A stretch of DNA of 64,000 bases from assembly GCA_963664435.2 (NCBI GenBank), contig CAXXKM010000001.1, forward strand, positions 384,001 to 448,000, in the 5' to 3' direction. Below are positions 22,063-30,556 of this stretch, piece by piece. The position numbers and the translations under genes were made by a program. Positions within the stretch are counted from its first letter, which is position 1, and every line of letters starts with the position of its first letter. A model generated the notes under the pieces. The model saw only the letters and a program-made list of their open reading frames with translations. It searched no databases and was not told where the DNA came from. Origin of the DNA: Longimicrobiales bacterium (GTDB lineage: Bacteria; Gemmatimonadota; Gemmatimonadetes; Longimicrobiales; Gaopeijiaceae).

Positions 22063-22667
22063 CGAGCGAACTCGATCGGCAGCCCGTTCGACCCGGCGGC
22101 AGCAATCCCTGCCGGCGGACGCACATACGTCTCGATCCGGAAGTGGGCCCGCACCGTCGAATCGTCCTGGATGGACGGGTCGGCAACCGAAGTCATCTCC
22201 AGCTCCATCGGCGCAACGATGCGGGGCAGCGACGCGACCGCCGTAAGAAAGCGGGCGACTTCGTGGTAGCCCCCCACTACCGACAGGTCATAGCTCCGCT
22301 TCGCGTAGAACGGACCGGTCCCCCCTTCACCGGGGCGAATGAAGGCCAGATCGCCCAGCCCCGAGCGCCGGGCTTCGGCCGCAAGCGATTCAAGGAGCGC
22401 AGGGAGCTCCTCGCTGCGGGGAATCAGCTGCTCCAGCCGCGCGATGCGATCCGCGGAGCGTTTCAGCCGGCGCTCGAGTTGCATCGTCCCCTCGGGCACC
22501 AGGCCCCGCGCATCGTCGTTTCCGGCCTCCAGCCGCTCCAGCCGGCGCTCAAGCCGCTGGACCTCGCCGTCCCGGCCGCGGTGCTCATGGTAGACCAGGG
22601 CGGCGGCCAGCGTTACCAGGACCGCGCCGAGCAACGCGGGACGCGGACCCGGGAGGCGGATCCTCAT
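22059..22667 (-). CDS. pilO: Type IV pilus assembly protein PilO
   Basis: TM + coiled coil, LIPRSEELPALL, GGYHEVARFL, LPRIV. Confidence 0.85.
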   Translation of the reverse strand: MRIRLPGPRPALLGAVLVTLAAALVYHEHRGRDGEVQRLERRLERLEAGNDDARGLVPEGTMQLERRLKRSADRIARLEQLIPRSEELPALLESLAAEARRSGLGDLAFIRPGEGGTGPFYAKRSYDLSVVGGYHEVARFLTAVASLPRIVAPMELEMTSVADPSIQDDSTVRAHFRIETYVRPPAGIAAAGSNGLPIEFAR

Positions 22668-23290
22668 GGCGGGTCCTCCATTGCGCGCCGGGGCCGGTAG
22701 GCAACCCACAGCACAAACGAACTGAGGATCCACTCACCGCCGCCCGGCAGTCGTTCCGCGACTTGTTCGGTACCCGCCAGGCTGACGTCGGCCAGGAAGG
22801 GAGAGGCCTCCAGCCGGTTCATGAAGCGCGTCAGGGCGAAGGTGTTGGCGGTTCGCCCCTCGATCTCCACCTGGAGCTGGTCGCCGGTGCCCACTTCCGC
22901 GACGCGCGTCAGCTAGGTGAAGTCCGGCACGGCAGTCGCCACCTCATCGAGGATGCGGGACCAGACATACCGCCCATCGTCGAGCTCCAGTATGACCTGC
23001 ATCCGCGCGGCCGTCGAATCGCGTCCGGCACGCAATTGCTCTGCGGCGGAGATCAGCCCGGCCAGGTCGGTCGAGTCGCGCACGGCCTGGGCGACTCGAT
23101 CCTCCAGAGCCCGGTGCCGGTCGCGCGCGCCCGGGTAGAGCAGCGCCAGCACGAGGAGGGTGACCAGCCCCGGAACGCTCGCCAACAGGTGCCAGCGCGA
23201 CGCCTCTCCCGGAGCCGACGCTTCCGCCGACGAGCTCGGTGTGCGCGTGGCTCGGCGCGCGTCCCGCGGCATCAGGTTTATTTCGATCAC
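22664..23290 (-). pseudogene. pilN: PilN interrupted by an in-frame TAG (22913-22915)
   Basis: MIEINLMP start; ORFs 22913-23290 and 22664-22894 share a frame: VPDFT*LTRVAEV...FMNRLEASPFL. Confidence 0.8.
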
Positions 23291-24324
23291 CGGTCGCGGC
23301 TCCGTGAGCAGGAACGCAGCGCCAATCCTACCGGCAGCAGCAGCATGGGCGCGATCTCCTCCAGCTCGACGCCGACGCAGGCATCGGGACGGACGGGGAT
23401 CTGCTCGAAGGGGTTGGCGACATGCGTCTCGACGGAGAGGATGCGGCCCAGAGCATCGGCCAGGCCCGGAATTCGCGCGCCCCCGCCGCTCAGGTAGACG
23501 CGCCCCAGACCCAGGTCGGCAGGCCTCGTCTTGAGGAAAGCCGAAGCCCGCTCCAGCTCAACGGCCATTTCGTCCACGGCGACTTCGATGACCGACTGCA
23601 GATCGGGCGATACCCGCTGGCCGCGAATCATGGCTTCCAGGGCCTGCGTCTCGAGGCCCGTCTCCCGCTGAACGGTCTTGCACAGGGAGCGCACGCCAAA
23701 ATGGAGATCGCGCGTGACTGCGGGGATTCCTTCCTCCACAACGACCACGGTGGTCGTCTCCCAGCCCATGTCCGCGACCATGACGATCCCGTCGGCCGCT
23801 TCGGGATGGTTGTGGATGAGGGCGTTGCCAAGCGCAAAGCCATCCACATCCAGCACTTCGAGCCCGAGCCCGGCGGCGGACACGATGTCGGTGGCGCCAT
23901 GCACGAGGTCTCGTTTGGCCGCCACCAGGAGGACGTCCATCGGATCCCCGGAGGAGAGGATCTGGAAGTCCAGCTCAACGCTGGCAGTATCGAAGGGAAG
24001 ATGCTGTTCGGCTTCCCAGCGGATCACCTCCCGCAGTTCGGACGGCTTCATGCGCTCCAGTTCGACTCGCTTGACGATCACATCGTGACCGCCGACACCG
24101 GTCACCACCTGGCGGCCCCTGAGTCCGGAATCCCGGAACAGCTTGACGATCGCTTCCACGACGGCCGCTCCGGCGTGCGCACCGCCGCCCGCCTCCGTCA
24201 ACGCGCGCACGGCGATTCGAGAGACCTCGGGAGCACTCCCGGCATGGCTCACCTGTACGACCTTCAGGTATCGGCTCCCGACATCCAGACCGATGGAGAC
24301 CCGTCCGCGCCTGAACCAGCCCAT
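23287..24324 (-). CDS. pilM: Type IV pilus assembly protein PilM
   Basis: IGLDVGS, WEAEQHLPF, LDVDGFAL, LSGGGA, ANPF, VGLALR. Confidence 0.93.
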   Translation of the reverse strand: MGWFRRGRVSIGLDVGSRYLKVVQVSHAGSAPEVSRIAVRALTEAGGGAHAGAAVVEAIVKLFRDSGLRGRQVVTGVGGHDVIVKRVELERMKPSELREVIRWEAEQHLPFDTASVELDFQILSSGDPMDVLLVAAKRDLVHGATDIVSAAGLGLEVLDVDGFALGNALIHNHPEAADGIVMVADMGWETTTVVVVEEGIPAVTRDLHFGVRSLCKTVQRETGLETQALEAMIRGQRVSPDLQSVIEVAVDEMAVELERASAFLKTRPADLGLGRVYLSGGGARIPGLADALGRILSVETHVANPFEQIPVRPDACVGVELEEIAPMLLLPVGLALRSCSRSRDR

Positions 24325-24336
24325 CGATCGCGACCG

Positions 24337-25470
24337 CTAGAGGGGCTCGATCCAGGAGCCCGCCGGCAGGGCCCGCATCGTCCCTAGTCCGGCATGGCTG
24401 AGCGCGCGCAGCCCGGCGCAGGCGGACCCCTCTACTCGAGCCCGGTCTTCCAGGAGCACCTGGTCGCCGGAGCGGATCCACCCCGCGACGTGAGCGTCGT
24501 CGGCAAGGCGGACGGACCCTGCCGCCAGCACCAGTCCCGCGAAGGTAGCGTTCGCCGAGAAACTGGCTCCGCCGTCGACCACGAGCACCCCCTGCCCCTC
24601 GCCCCCGGTCACCTCCAGCGACCCACGGACAACGACGACCGGAAGGTAGGCTCCGCAGCTCCCGGTGGGATTCAGGGGCGTGCCCCAGTTGCCCGCCACA
24701 GTGGCCGGGCAGCCGCTGCCCGGATGGACCCGCGTAGTGCCGCCAGGGACGCCGAGGGTGATGTCCGCCAGTTCCTCCAGATCCTGGAGGGAAAGAGCCC
24801 CGAGGTTCAGGGACGGCGGATTCAGATCGACCGCCAGGCGCTGCCGCCGGGCCGGTTCCAGCGTCGAAACCGCGGGCGCCCAGGACGCACTCTCCGCCAC
24901 CCGGCCATACGGAAAGAGCGAATCCGCCAGGGGCAGGTGTGCTGCACACTCCGCAGCGCTCCAGACCAAAGGAGCAGCCGTGACGCGGTCGCCCGCAATC
25001 CGCGCCGAATCCGTGACGGCGGCATGGGCCCGGAACGCGACCGTCCCCGGGAATGCAGCGAGCCGGGCACCTGGATCGAGCGCCCAGGTCAAGCGCCCCG
25101 CCTTCGTGCGCGCCGCTCCGTCTACCCTTCCCTCCCCCGCGAGCAGGTAGAGTTCGCGCGTCAGACGATGCGCCGCAACGCGGTAGCCACCTCGCTCCCC
25201 GTGCGCTCCCTCCACCACCGCACTGTCCCCGACGGGGGTGGCCGCGAGCACTGCGGCCGCCGAGCCGGCCACGGCGCGCACGCCGCCCTCGGCCGCAAGC
25301 CGCGCGATCAGCAGGTCGCGTTCCGCTCCGGCCACCGTCAGTTCCTGGCGCGCAAGGTAATGGAGGAGATGCCCGAAGGCGGTGGCGGCAAGCAGCACCA
25401 TGAGGATCAACGGGATCGCGAATCCCGCATCGCCCGTGTCTCCCGGGCCGGCAACGCTCCTCACGGCCAT
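24337..25470 (-). CDS. PilX-like minor pilin
   Basis: G/FAIPLILMVLL prepilin-like N-terminus lacking Glu5, ARLAAEGG; last of four pilin-like genes; GTG 25464 is an alternative start. Confidence 0.65.
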   Translation of the reverse strand: MAVRSVAGPGDTGDAGFAIPLILMVLLAATAFGHLLHYLARQELTVAGAERDLLIARLAAEGGVRAVAGSAAAVLAATPVGDSAVVEGAHGERGGYRVAAHRLTRELYLLAGEGRVDGAARTKAGRLTWALDPGARLAAFPGTVAFRAHAAVTDSARIAGDRVTAAPLVWSAAECAAHLPLADSLFPYGRVAESASWAPAVSTLEPARRQRLAVDLNPPSLNLGALSLQDLEELADITLGVPGGTTRVHPGSGCPATVAGNWGTPLNPTGSCGAYLPVVVVRGSLEVTGGEGQGVLVVDGGASFSANATFAGLVLAAGSVRLADDAHVAGWIRSGDQVLLEDRARVEGSACAGLRALSHAGLGTMRALPAGSWIEPL

Positions 25471-26195
25471 GCCTCCCGCGGCCACACGCGCACCGAGTCG
25501 GTGGTGGTCGCACCGTCGGCCTTTTCGACGGCCAGCCGCAGGTCGAGTCCGGTCCCATGGCCGGACACCCCCGAGGCGGCACCGGCCCCGGTTCGCAACA
25601 CCTGCGCGGTGAGTGGCTGGCGGCCCCCGCGCCCCGGTCGGTAACGGAAGGCTCCCGTGGCGACGTGGTAGCTGCCGCGCTCGAAAATTCGCCCCACGAC
25701 CGCCTCGGGTACGGCCGGATTCAACTCCCACACCTCGCCGGCTGCGCCATCTCCGCATGCGCCGGGGCGAGCTCGGACGCGGACGAGGTCCGCGACACGC
25801 CACACCCCATCGGCGGCAAGAACGAGCACGGAGTCCTTGGCGGGGTTGGGTTGGCGCAGCCCGGCGTAGCGCACCACCCACTGGGACTGGGGTACGCTCG
25901 CGCACCGTACCCCCGTTCCCCGGAACGCCCTCACGACAACGGAATCCCCGGTGCCCGCCACCCAGTCGATCCCGGCCAGCCCCGTCCTCAGTTCCTGCGC
26001 GAGCGCGTACCGCGCGATTCTTCCGGTCTCGCGGATCTCCGCGTCCGTTGTTACGCTCGTCAGGGCATGTTGAAGAGTTACCAGTGTCCGCAGCGCCGCC
26101 CCCGTCACCGCGATCATAAGCAGCATGGCGGTAAGGGCTTCCACGATCGAGGAGCCCCGACGGGAAGCGAGTACCGGCGGACGTGACACGCTCAC
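25461..26195 (-). CDS. PilW-like minor pilin
   Basis: RRG/SSIVEALTAMLL class III signal. Confidence 0.7.
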   Translation of the reverse strand: MSVSRPPVLASRRGSSIVEALTAMLLMIAVTGAALRTLVTLQHALTSVTTDAEIRETGRIARYALAQELRTGLAGIDWVAGTGDSVVVRAFRGTGVRCASVPQSQWVVRYAGLRQPNPAKDSVLVLAADGVWRVADLVRVRARPGACGDGAAGEVWELNPAVPEAVVGRIFERGSYHVATGAFRYRPGRGGRQPLTAQVLRTGAGAASGVSGHGTGLDLRLAVEKADGATTTDSVRVWPREAWP

Positions 26196-26196
26196 C

Positions 26197-26571
26197 TCAG
26201 GGTACCGGCACCGTGGCCGTCACGCGCAGCAACTCCACTCTCGTGGTGTCGTGCGCGCCGGCCCGGATGACTACCTGCAGTAACCGCCCACCCAGCGGTA
26301 CCGGATCGTCCCAGGTCACCGCCCCCCACGAATACTCGCGCGTCCCGCCGCCCGATGCTCCGAACAGTCCGAGGGAGTCGGCGATCTCCCCCGCCGCCAC
26401 CACCGCCGCGGCCAGTTCCCCGGCGCGCCGCCAGGAATGAAGCGATCCGGTACCCAGCGCGGCCGTGGCCAACAGACCCGTGCACAGGAGAACAATGGCC
26501 AGAATGGCCTCCACGAGCGTGAACCCCGCGGATACGGCCGTGTCGGGAGGCGGCCGGGTCGACGCACTCAT
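26197..26571 (-). CDS. PilV-like minor pilin
   Basis: AG/FTLVEAILAIVLL class III signal. Confidence 0.78.
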   Translation of the reverse strand: MSASTRPPPDTAVSAGFTLVEAILAIVLLCTGLLATAALGTGSLHSWRRAGELAAAVVAAGEIADSLGLFGASGGGTREYSWGAVTWDDPVPLGGRLLQVVIRAGAHDTTRVELLRVTATVPVP

Positions 26572-26996
26572 CGCCGCGATACCCGACCATAGGCGGAAAT
26601 CACCAGCGACGCGGATGCCGCGCCGCGCCCGAAGCGAAGCGAGCGTGCGGCCATCCGGCCCAGCCCCAGCGCATTGAATTCGATGGTTGCCAGGGTGTCG
26701 CGCCCCGAAATGTCGAGCGACACTCCGTAGCGGTCTCCCAGGTCGACCCGCTCCCGAAAGGTGCTCCCGAGCCGGCGCTCGATTTGCCCGCGGCCGGACT
26801 GGATCGTGACCGTCGAGACACCCGATCCCAGCGCGTCCACCCGAGCGCGCGCAAGGAGTGCCGCGCTGGCTTCGCGCGCCTGAGTCACGGCCCAGCGATC
26901 ACGGTGCAGCTGCAGGGCGGGTAGCCCGAGCGCAATCCCGATGCCGACGATCGCCAGCACCACCAGGCATTCGAAAAGTGTGAATCCCCCGTTCAT
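26568..26996 (-). CDS. FimT/GspH-like minor pilin
   Basis: GG/FTLFECLVVLAIVG, ARVDA, IEFNALG, ISAYGRV. Confidence 0.82.
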   Translation of the reverse strand: MNGGFTLFECLVVLAIVGIGIALGLPALQLHRDRWAVTQAREASAALLARARVDALGSGVSTVTIQSGRGQIERRLGSTFRERVDLGDRYGVSLDISGRDTLATIEFNALGLGRMAARSLRFGRGAASASLVISAYGRVSRR

Positions 26997-27095
26997 GCCA
27001 TGAAAGATGGCGTCGGGGAATCCTGCCGGGGATGGCGTTCCGGGACTACGGAATGTTGAATCCGGGACTACCCGGAACGGGGAAGGCTTCGGCCG

Positions 27096-28277
27096 TTACC
27101 GAAACTGCGTGGGGATGGTCAGCACCTGACCCGGGTAGATCCGGCTGCCCAGCAGGTTGTTCGATCGCCGCAGCGCCGCGATCGTCGTTCCGTGCGCCCG
27201 CGCGATATCCCAGAGAGAATCTCCCCGCTGCACCCGGTAACTCAGGTTGATGGCCTGCTGCACGCCGACCTCGCCACCCGCCGGGATGGTCAGAAGCTGA
27301 CCCGGGTAGATCCGGCTGCCCAGCAGGTTGTTCGACTGCTGGATCGCCGCGATCGTCGTCCCGTGCGCCCGCGCAATATCCCAGAGTGCGTCTCCGCGTC
27401 GCACGCGATAGCTCCCGGGGGCGGCATCGCGTAGCGAGGGCACGCCGTCCGCGGGGATGGTGAGGAGTTGGCCGGGATGGATCCGGCTGTTTCCCAGGTT
27501 GTTCGACCGCTGGATCGCCGCGATCGTCGTGCCGTGCGCCCGAGCAATGTCCCAGAGAGCGTCCCCGCGTCGCACGCGATACGGTCCGCTGCCGGCGGCC
27601 CCGACTCCGGCATCCTCGGTCGCGGTTGCCGTCCCGGCATCCGTGGCCGCCGCCACCCGGGTCTCCGTCGCCTGGACGGCCGAGGTCGCCAGGTCGTCGA
27701 CGTAGCGGGTGTACGGCTCGGGAAACAGGGCGATGTGGTAGTGGGGCGGGCGGGACTCGCGCGTGGCCTCGAGAACGCCGTTGGCTTCCAGGGAGAGCAG
27801 GACATCCTCCAGCCATGCGCGGCAGGGACGATGGTTCGACCGGCGCAGGTCGACGGCCATGCCGGTGGGATGAACCGAGCGGCTGGAGGCGTTGCGGGGC
27901 TGTCGGTTGAGCGGGCGCGTCAGGCTGGTGACAACCATGACCTCCCCGCAGGCCCTGCGGTACTGACCCGCAAGCCGTTCGAGGAAGGTGCGAACCTGGG
28001 GACGGGCGTACGGGAAGCTGACCTCGTCGTCGATGTCATAGTCCCGGTTCCCGTGCAGAGGCACAAGGTAACCCAAGTCGACAAAACGCTGGACGTGCGC
28101 GGGGGTCCGCAGGTAGGTGAAGTCGTGGGCCTGCGCCTGGACATTCTGCACCGTCAGCGAGCGGGACGACCCGCGGAGGCTCTGTGCGGCGGATGAGGAA
28201 GACCAGAGGCCCGTGAGAACCGCAGTCAGAACTGTACCGAAGACGAAAGCTCCTGCCCGAGTGCGGTATCGTCCCAT
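27096..28277 (-). CDS. Secreted DUF5715-like (M15-type peptidase fold) protein with three LysM domains
   Basis: Signal peptide; HPTGMAVD and PPHYH metal-ligand motifs; three YRVxRGDxLWDIARAHGTT repeats. Confidence 0.85.
   Translation of the reverse strand: MGRYRTRAGAFVFGTVLTAVLTGLWSSSSAAQSLRGSSRSLTVQNVQAQAHDFTYLRTPAHVQRFVDLGYLVPLHGNRDYDIDDEVSFPYARPQVRTFLERLAGQYRRACGEVMVVTSLTRPLNRQPRNASSRSVHPTGMAVDLRRSNHRPCRAWLEDVLLSLEANGVLEATRESRPPHYHIALFPEPYTRYVDDLATSAVQATETRVAAATDAGTATATEDAGVGAAGSGPYRVRRGDALWDIARAHGTTIAAIQRSNNLGNSRIHPGQLLTIPADGVPSLRDAAPGSYRVRRGDALWDIARAHGTTIAAIQQSNNLLGSRIYPGQLLTIPAGGEVGVQQAINLSYRVQRGDSLWDIARAHGTTIAALRRSNNLLGSRIYPGQVLTIPTQFR
27117..27581. repeat. Three near-identical LysM-coding repeats
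   Basis: Shared nucleotide runs such as CGCCGCGATCGTCGT-CCGTGCGCCCG and ATCCGGCTG in all three copies. Confidence 0.85.
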
Positions 28278-28542
28278 CGTCTCCCATCCGAATCACAGGC
28301 TGTACCGGGCGGGTGGTCGGGCGCCTGCTCCGACCATCTCCATACTTCATCTGTTTCCAACGCATAACAGTGTATTCTATACGTCGAGTTTTCGTCGTCC
28401 GCAAGGGTTTGGAACGAAACGGCGCACCCGGATCCGGCCCCTCTCAAGCGCCCGCCTGGACGGCACCGCGGTCTCATCAGGGCGTGAAGCCGGCACCTTG
28501 CATTCGATCGGCACGGGGGATCCCGACGTCACCCGGGCGGCG

Positions 28543-29157
28543 CTATCCGGCGGCGGCGAAGTTGGCGGCCACGACGTCCCAGTTGACCGTGTTCCACCAG
28601 GCCGTGAGGTAGTCGGGGCGGCGATTCTGGTATCGCAGATAGTAGGCGTGCTCCCAAACGTCCACGCCCAGGATCGGAGTCTGCCCATCCATGAGCGGGC
28701 TGTCCTGGTTGGCCGTCGAGCGGACCGCCAGGCCGGCATCGGTGGCGACCACCCATCCCCACCCGGAGCCGAAGCGGGTGATGGCCGCGGTGTTGACCCG
28801 GCTCTTCAGCTCGTCGACGGAGCCAAAGGCGGCTTCGATCGCGGAGGCCAGGTCACCACTGGGGGCATCGGCGCCGCCGGGGGTCATCAGCCGCCAGAAC
28901 AGCGCGTGATTGACGTATCCGCCGCCGTTGTTTCGCACTGCGCCGCGGATCGCCTCGGGGACGTCGCCCATGTTGCCGAGCAGATCGTCGACGCTGCGTT
29001 CCTGCAGGCCGGGATGCGACTTGAGCGCGGCGTTGAGGTTGGCGGTGTAGGCCGCGTGGTGCTTCGATTGGTGTATCTCCATCGTGCGCGCGTCGATGTG
29101 CGGCTCGAGCGCGCCGTAGTCGTAACCGAGGTCCGGAAGAGCGTGGGGATAGGCCAT
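28543..29157 (-). CDS. sodA: Superoxide dismutase, Mn-type signature
   Basis: ALEPHID, KHHAAY, RNNGGGYVNH, FGSGWGW, DVWEHAYY. Confidence 0.95.
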   Translation of the reverse strand: MAYPHALPDLGYDYGALEPHIDARTMEIHQSKHHAAYTANLNAALKSHPGLQERSVDDLLGNMGDVPEAIRGAVRNNGGGYVNHALFWRLMTPGGADAPSGDLASAIEAAFGSVDELKSRVNTAAITRFGSGWGWVVATDAGLAVRSTANQDSPLMDGQTPILGVDVWEHAYYLRYQNRRPDYLTAWWNTVNWDVVAANFAAAG

Positions 29158-29295
29158 GGTCGGGGGCTCCGCTGTTGAGGGGGACGTTCCCCCGGGCACC
29201 TCGCCGATGCCTGGCTTGGCACGTCGGGGAATCGGCATCGTATCTTACAGGCAAGAGCCCCGGAGTTCCACCATCGGCACGGGAGGATCTGGAAG

Positions 29296-30510
29296 CTGGA
29301 ACCGAACCCGCCGCGCATTCTTCTGGTCGACTGCGACAGCTTCTTCGTGCAGGTGGCGCGCCTCGAGGATCCCGAGGGCGCGGGACGCCGCCGGCTGCTC
29401 ATCGTGGGAGGAACGCCGGAGGGCCGGGGCGTGGTCGCGTCGGCCTCCTATGAGGCCCGCGAGCACGGGGTCCGTTCGGCGATGCCCACGGCGCAGGCGC
29501 TCCGCCTGTGTCCCGGAGCCGCGGTAGTTCCGGTGCCGAGGGCCGCGTGCGTGCGGCGAAGCCGGGAAGTCCGTCGTGCGCTGGAGGCGTTGTCGCCCGT
29601 TGTGCGCCCCGCTTCGATCGACGAGTTCTACCTGGATCTCTCGGGCACGGAGCGGATGCTGGCCGGCGAGTCCTTCGAGGACACCGCTCGGCGCATCCGC
29701 GATACGGTGCTGGCGGGCACCGGCATCTCTGTTTCCGCGGGAGGCGGCACACGGCGCCTCATCGCCAAGCTTGCCACCGGGCTCGCCAAGCCGGCGGGCG
29801 TCTGCATCGTGCCCGCGGGACAGGAATCGGAGTTCATGGGCCGCTTCGACCTCAAGCACATTCCGGGGATTGGCCCCGCGTTTCTCGCGGAACTCGAGCG
29901 CCGGTCGCTCCGGTCCGTCACCGACGTGCTGCGGGTCCAGCCGGAGTGGCTCGAACGCTGGTTCGGGGCCCGGCGCGCCCGCTGGCTGCACGAACGGGTG
30001 CGGGGACTGGACGGCGAGGGGACGCTTCCGTTGCGGAAGCGGAAGTCGGTAAGTGTGGAGCGCACGTTCGCCACCGATGTCTCGGACGACGATGAGCTGG
30101 ACGGGGTGCTGTCGCGGCAGGTCAACTCCGTCGCACGGCGCGTTCGCCGACTCGGTGGGGGGGCGCGCACGATCACCGTCAAGATCCGGGACCGCGACTT
30201 CGCGACCCGTCAGTGCAGCCGCACGCTGCCCCGGCCCGTCGAATCGGATCAGGCCATCCTTCGTGTCGCGCGCGACCTCCTGGCCGAACTCCGATCCCCG
30301 CGCCGGACTCCCGCGCGCCTGCTGGGGGTTGGCGCCAGCGGACTCTCAAGCGAAGCGCAAGGGGCGCAACTCGCCTTCTTTCCGGAAGCCGACGATCCGG
30401 ATCCGGACCGCGCCCGACGCATCTCCCGGATAATGGACCTCGCCCGGACCCGGTTCGGTGATGGCGCTCTGGGTCCGGGACGCAGCCTCAATCCCCGGAA
30501 CACGCAGTAG
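29296..30510 (+). CDS. dinB: DNA polymerase IV; start inferred at CTG 29296
   Basis: RILLVDCDSFF lies upstream of the first GTG (29347); SASYEAR, SIDEFYLD, AKPAG, IPGIG, KSVSVERTF. Confidence 0.9.
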   Translation: MEPNPPRILLVDCDSFFVQVARLEDPEGAGRRRLLIVGGTPEGRGVVASASYEAREHGVRSAMPTAQALRLCPGAAVVPVPRAACVRRSREVRRALEALSPVVRPASIDEFYLDLSGTERMLAGESFEDTARRIRDTVLAGTGISVSAGGGTRRLIAKLATGLAKPAGVCIVPAGQESEFMGRFDLKHIPGIGPAFLAELERRSLRSVTDVLRVQPEWLERWFGARRARWLHERVRGLDGEGTLPLRKRKSVSVERTFATDVSDDDELDGVLSRQVNSVARRVRRLGGGARTITVKIRDRDFATRQCSRTLPRPVESDQAILRVARDLLAELRSPRRTPARLLGVGASGLSSEAQGAQLAFFPEADDPDPDRARRISRIMDLARTRFGDGALGPGRSLNPRNTQ

Positions 30511-30556
30511 CCCGCCTCCGGGGAACTGGTCTCCCCTGCTCGTGCGAGGCTCCCGA

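Noticed and set aside
22913..22915. Genome-wide TAG reassignment or pyrrolysine as the explanation for the pilN stop
   Set aside because: clpP, hslU and lptG end in TAG at plausible C-termini; no pyl genes in the window.
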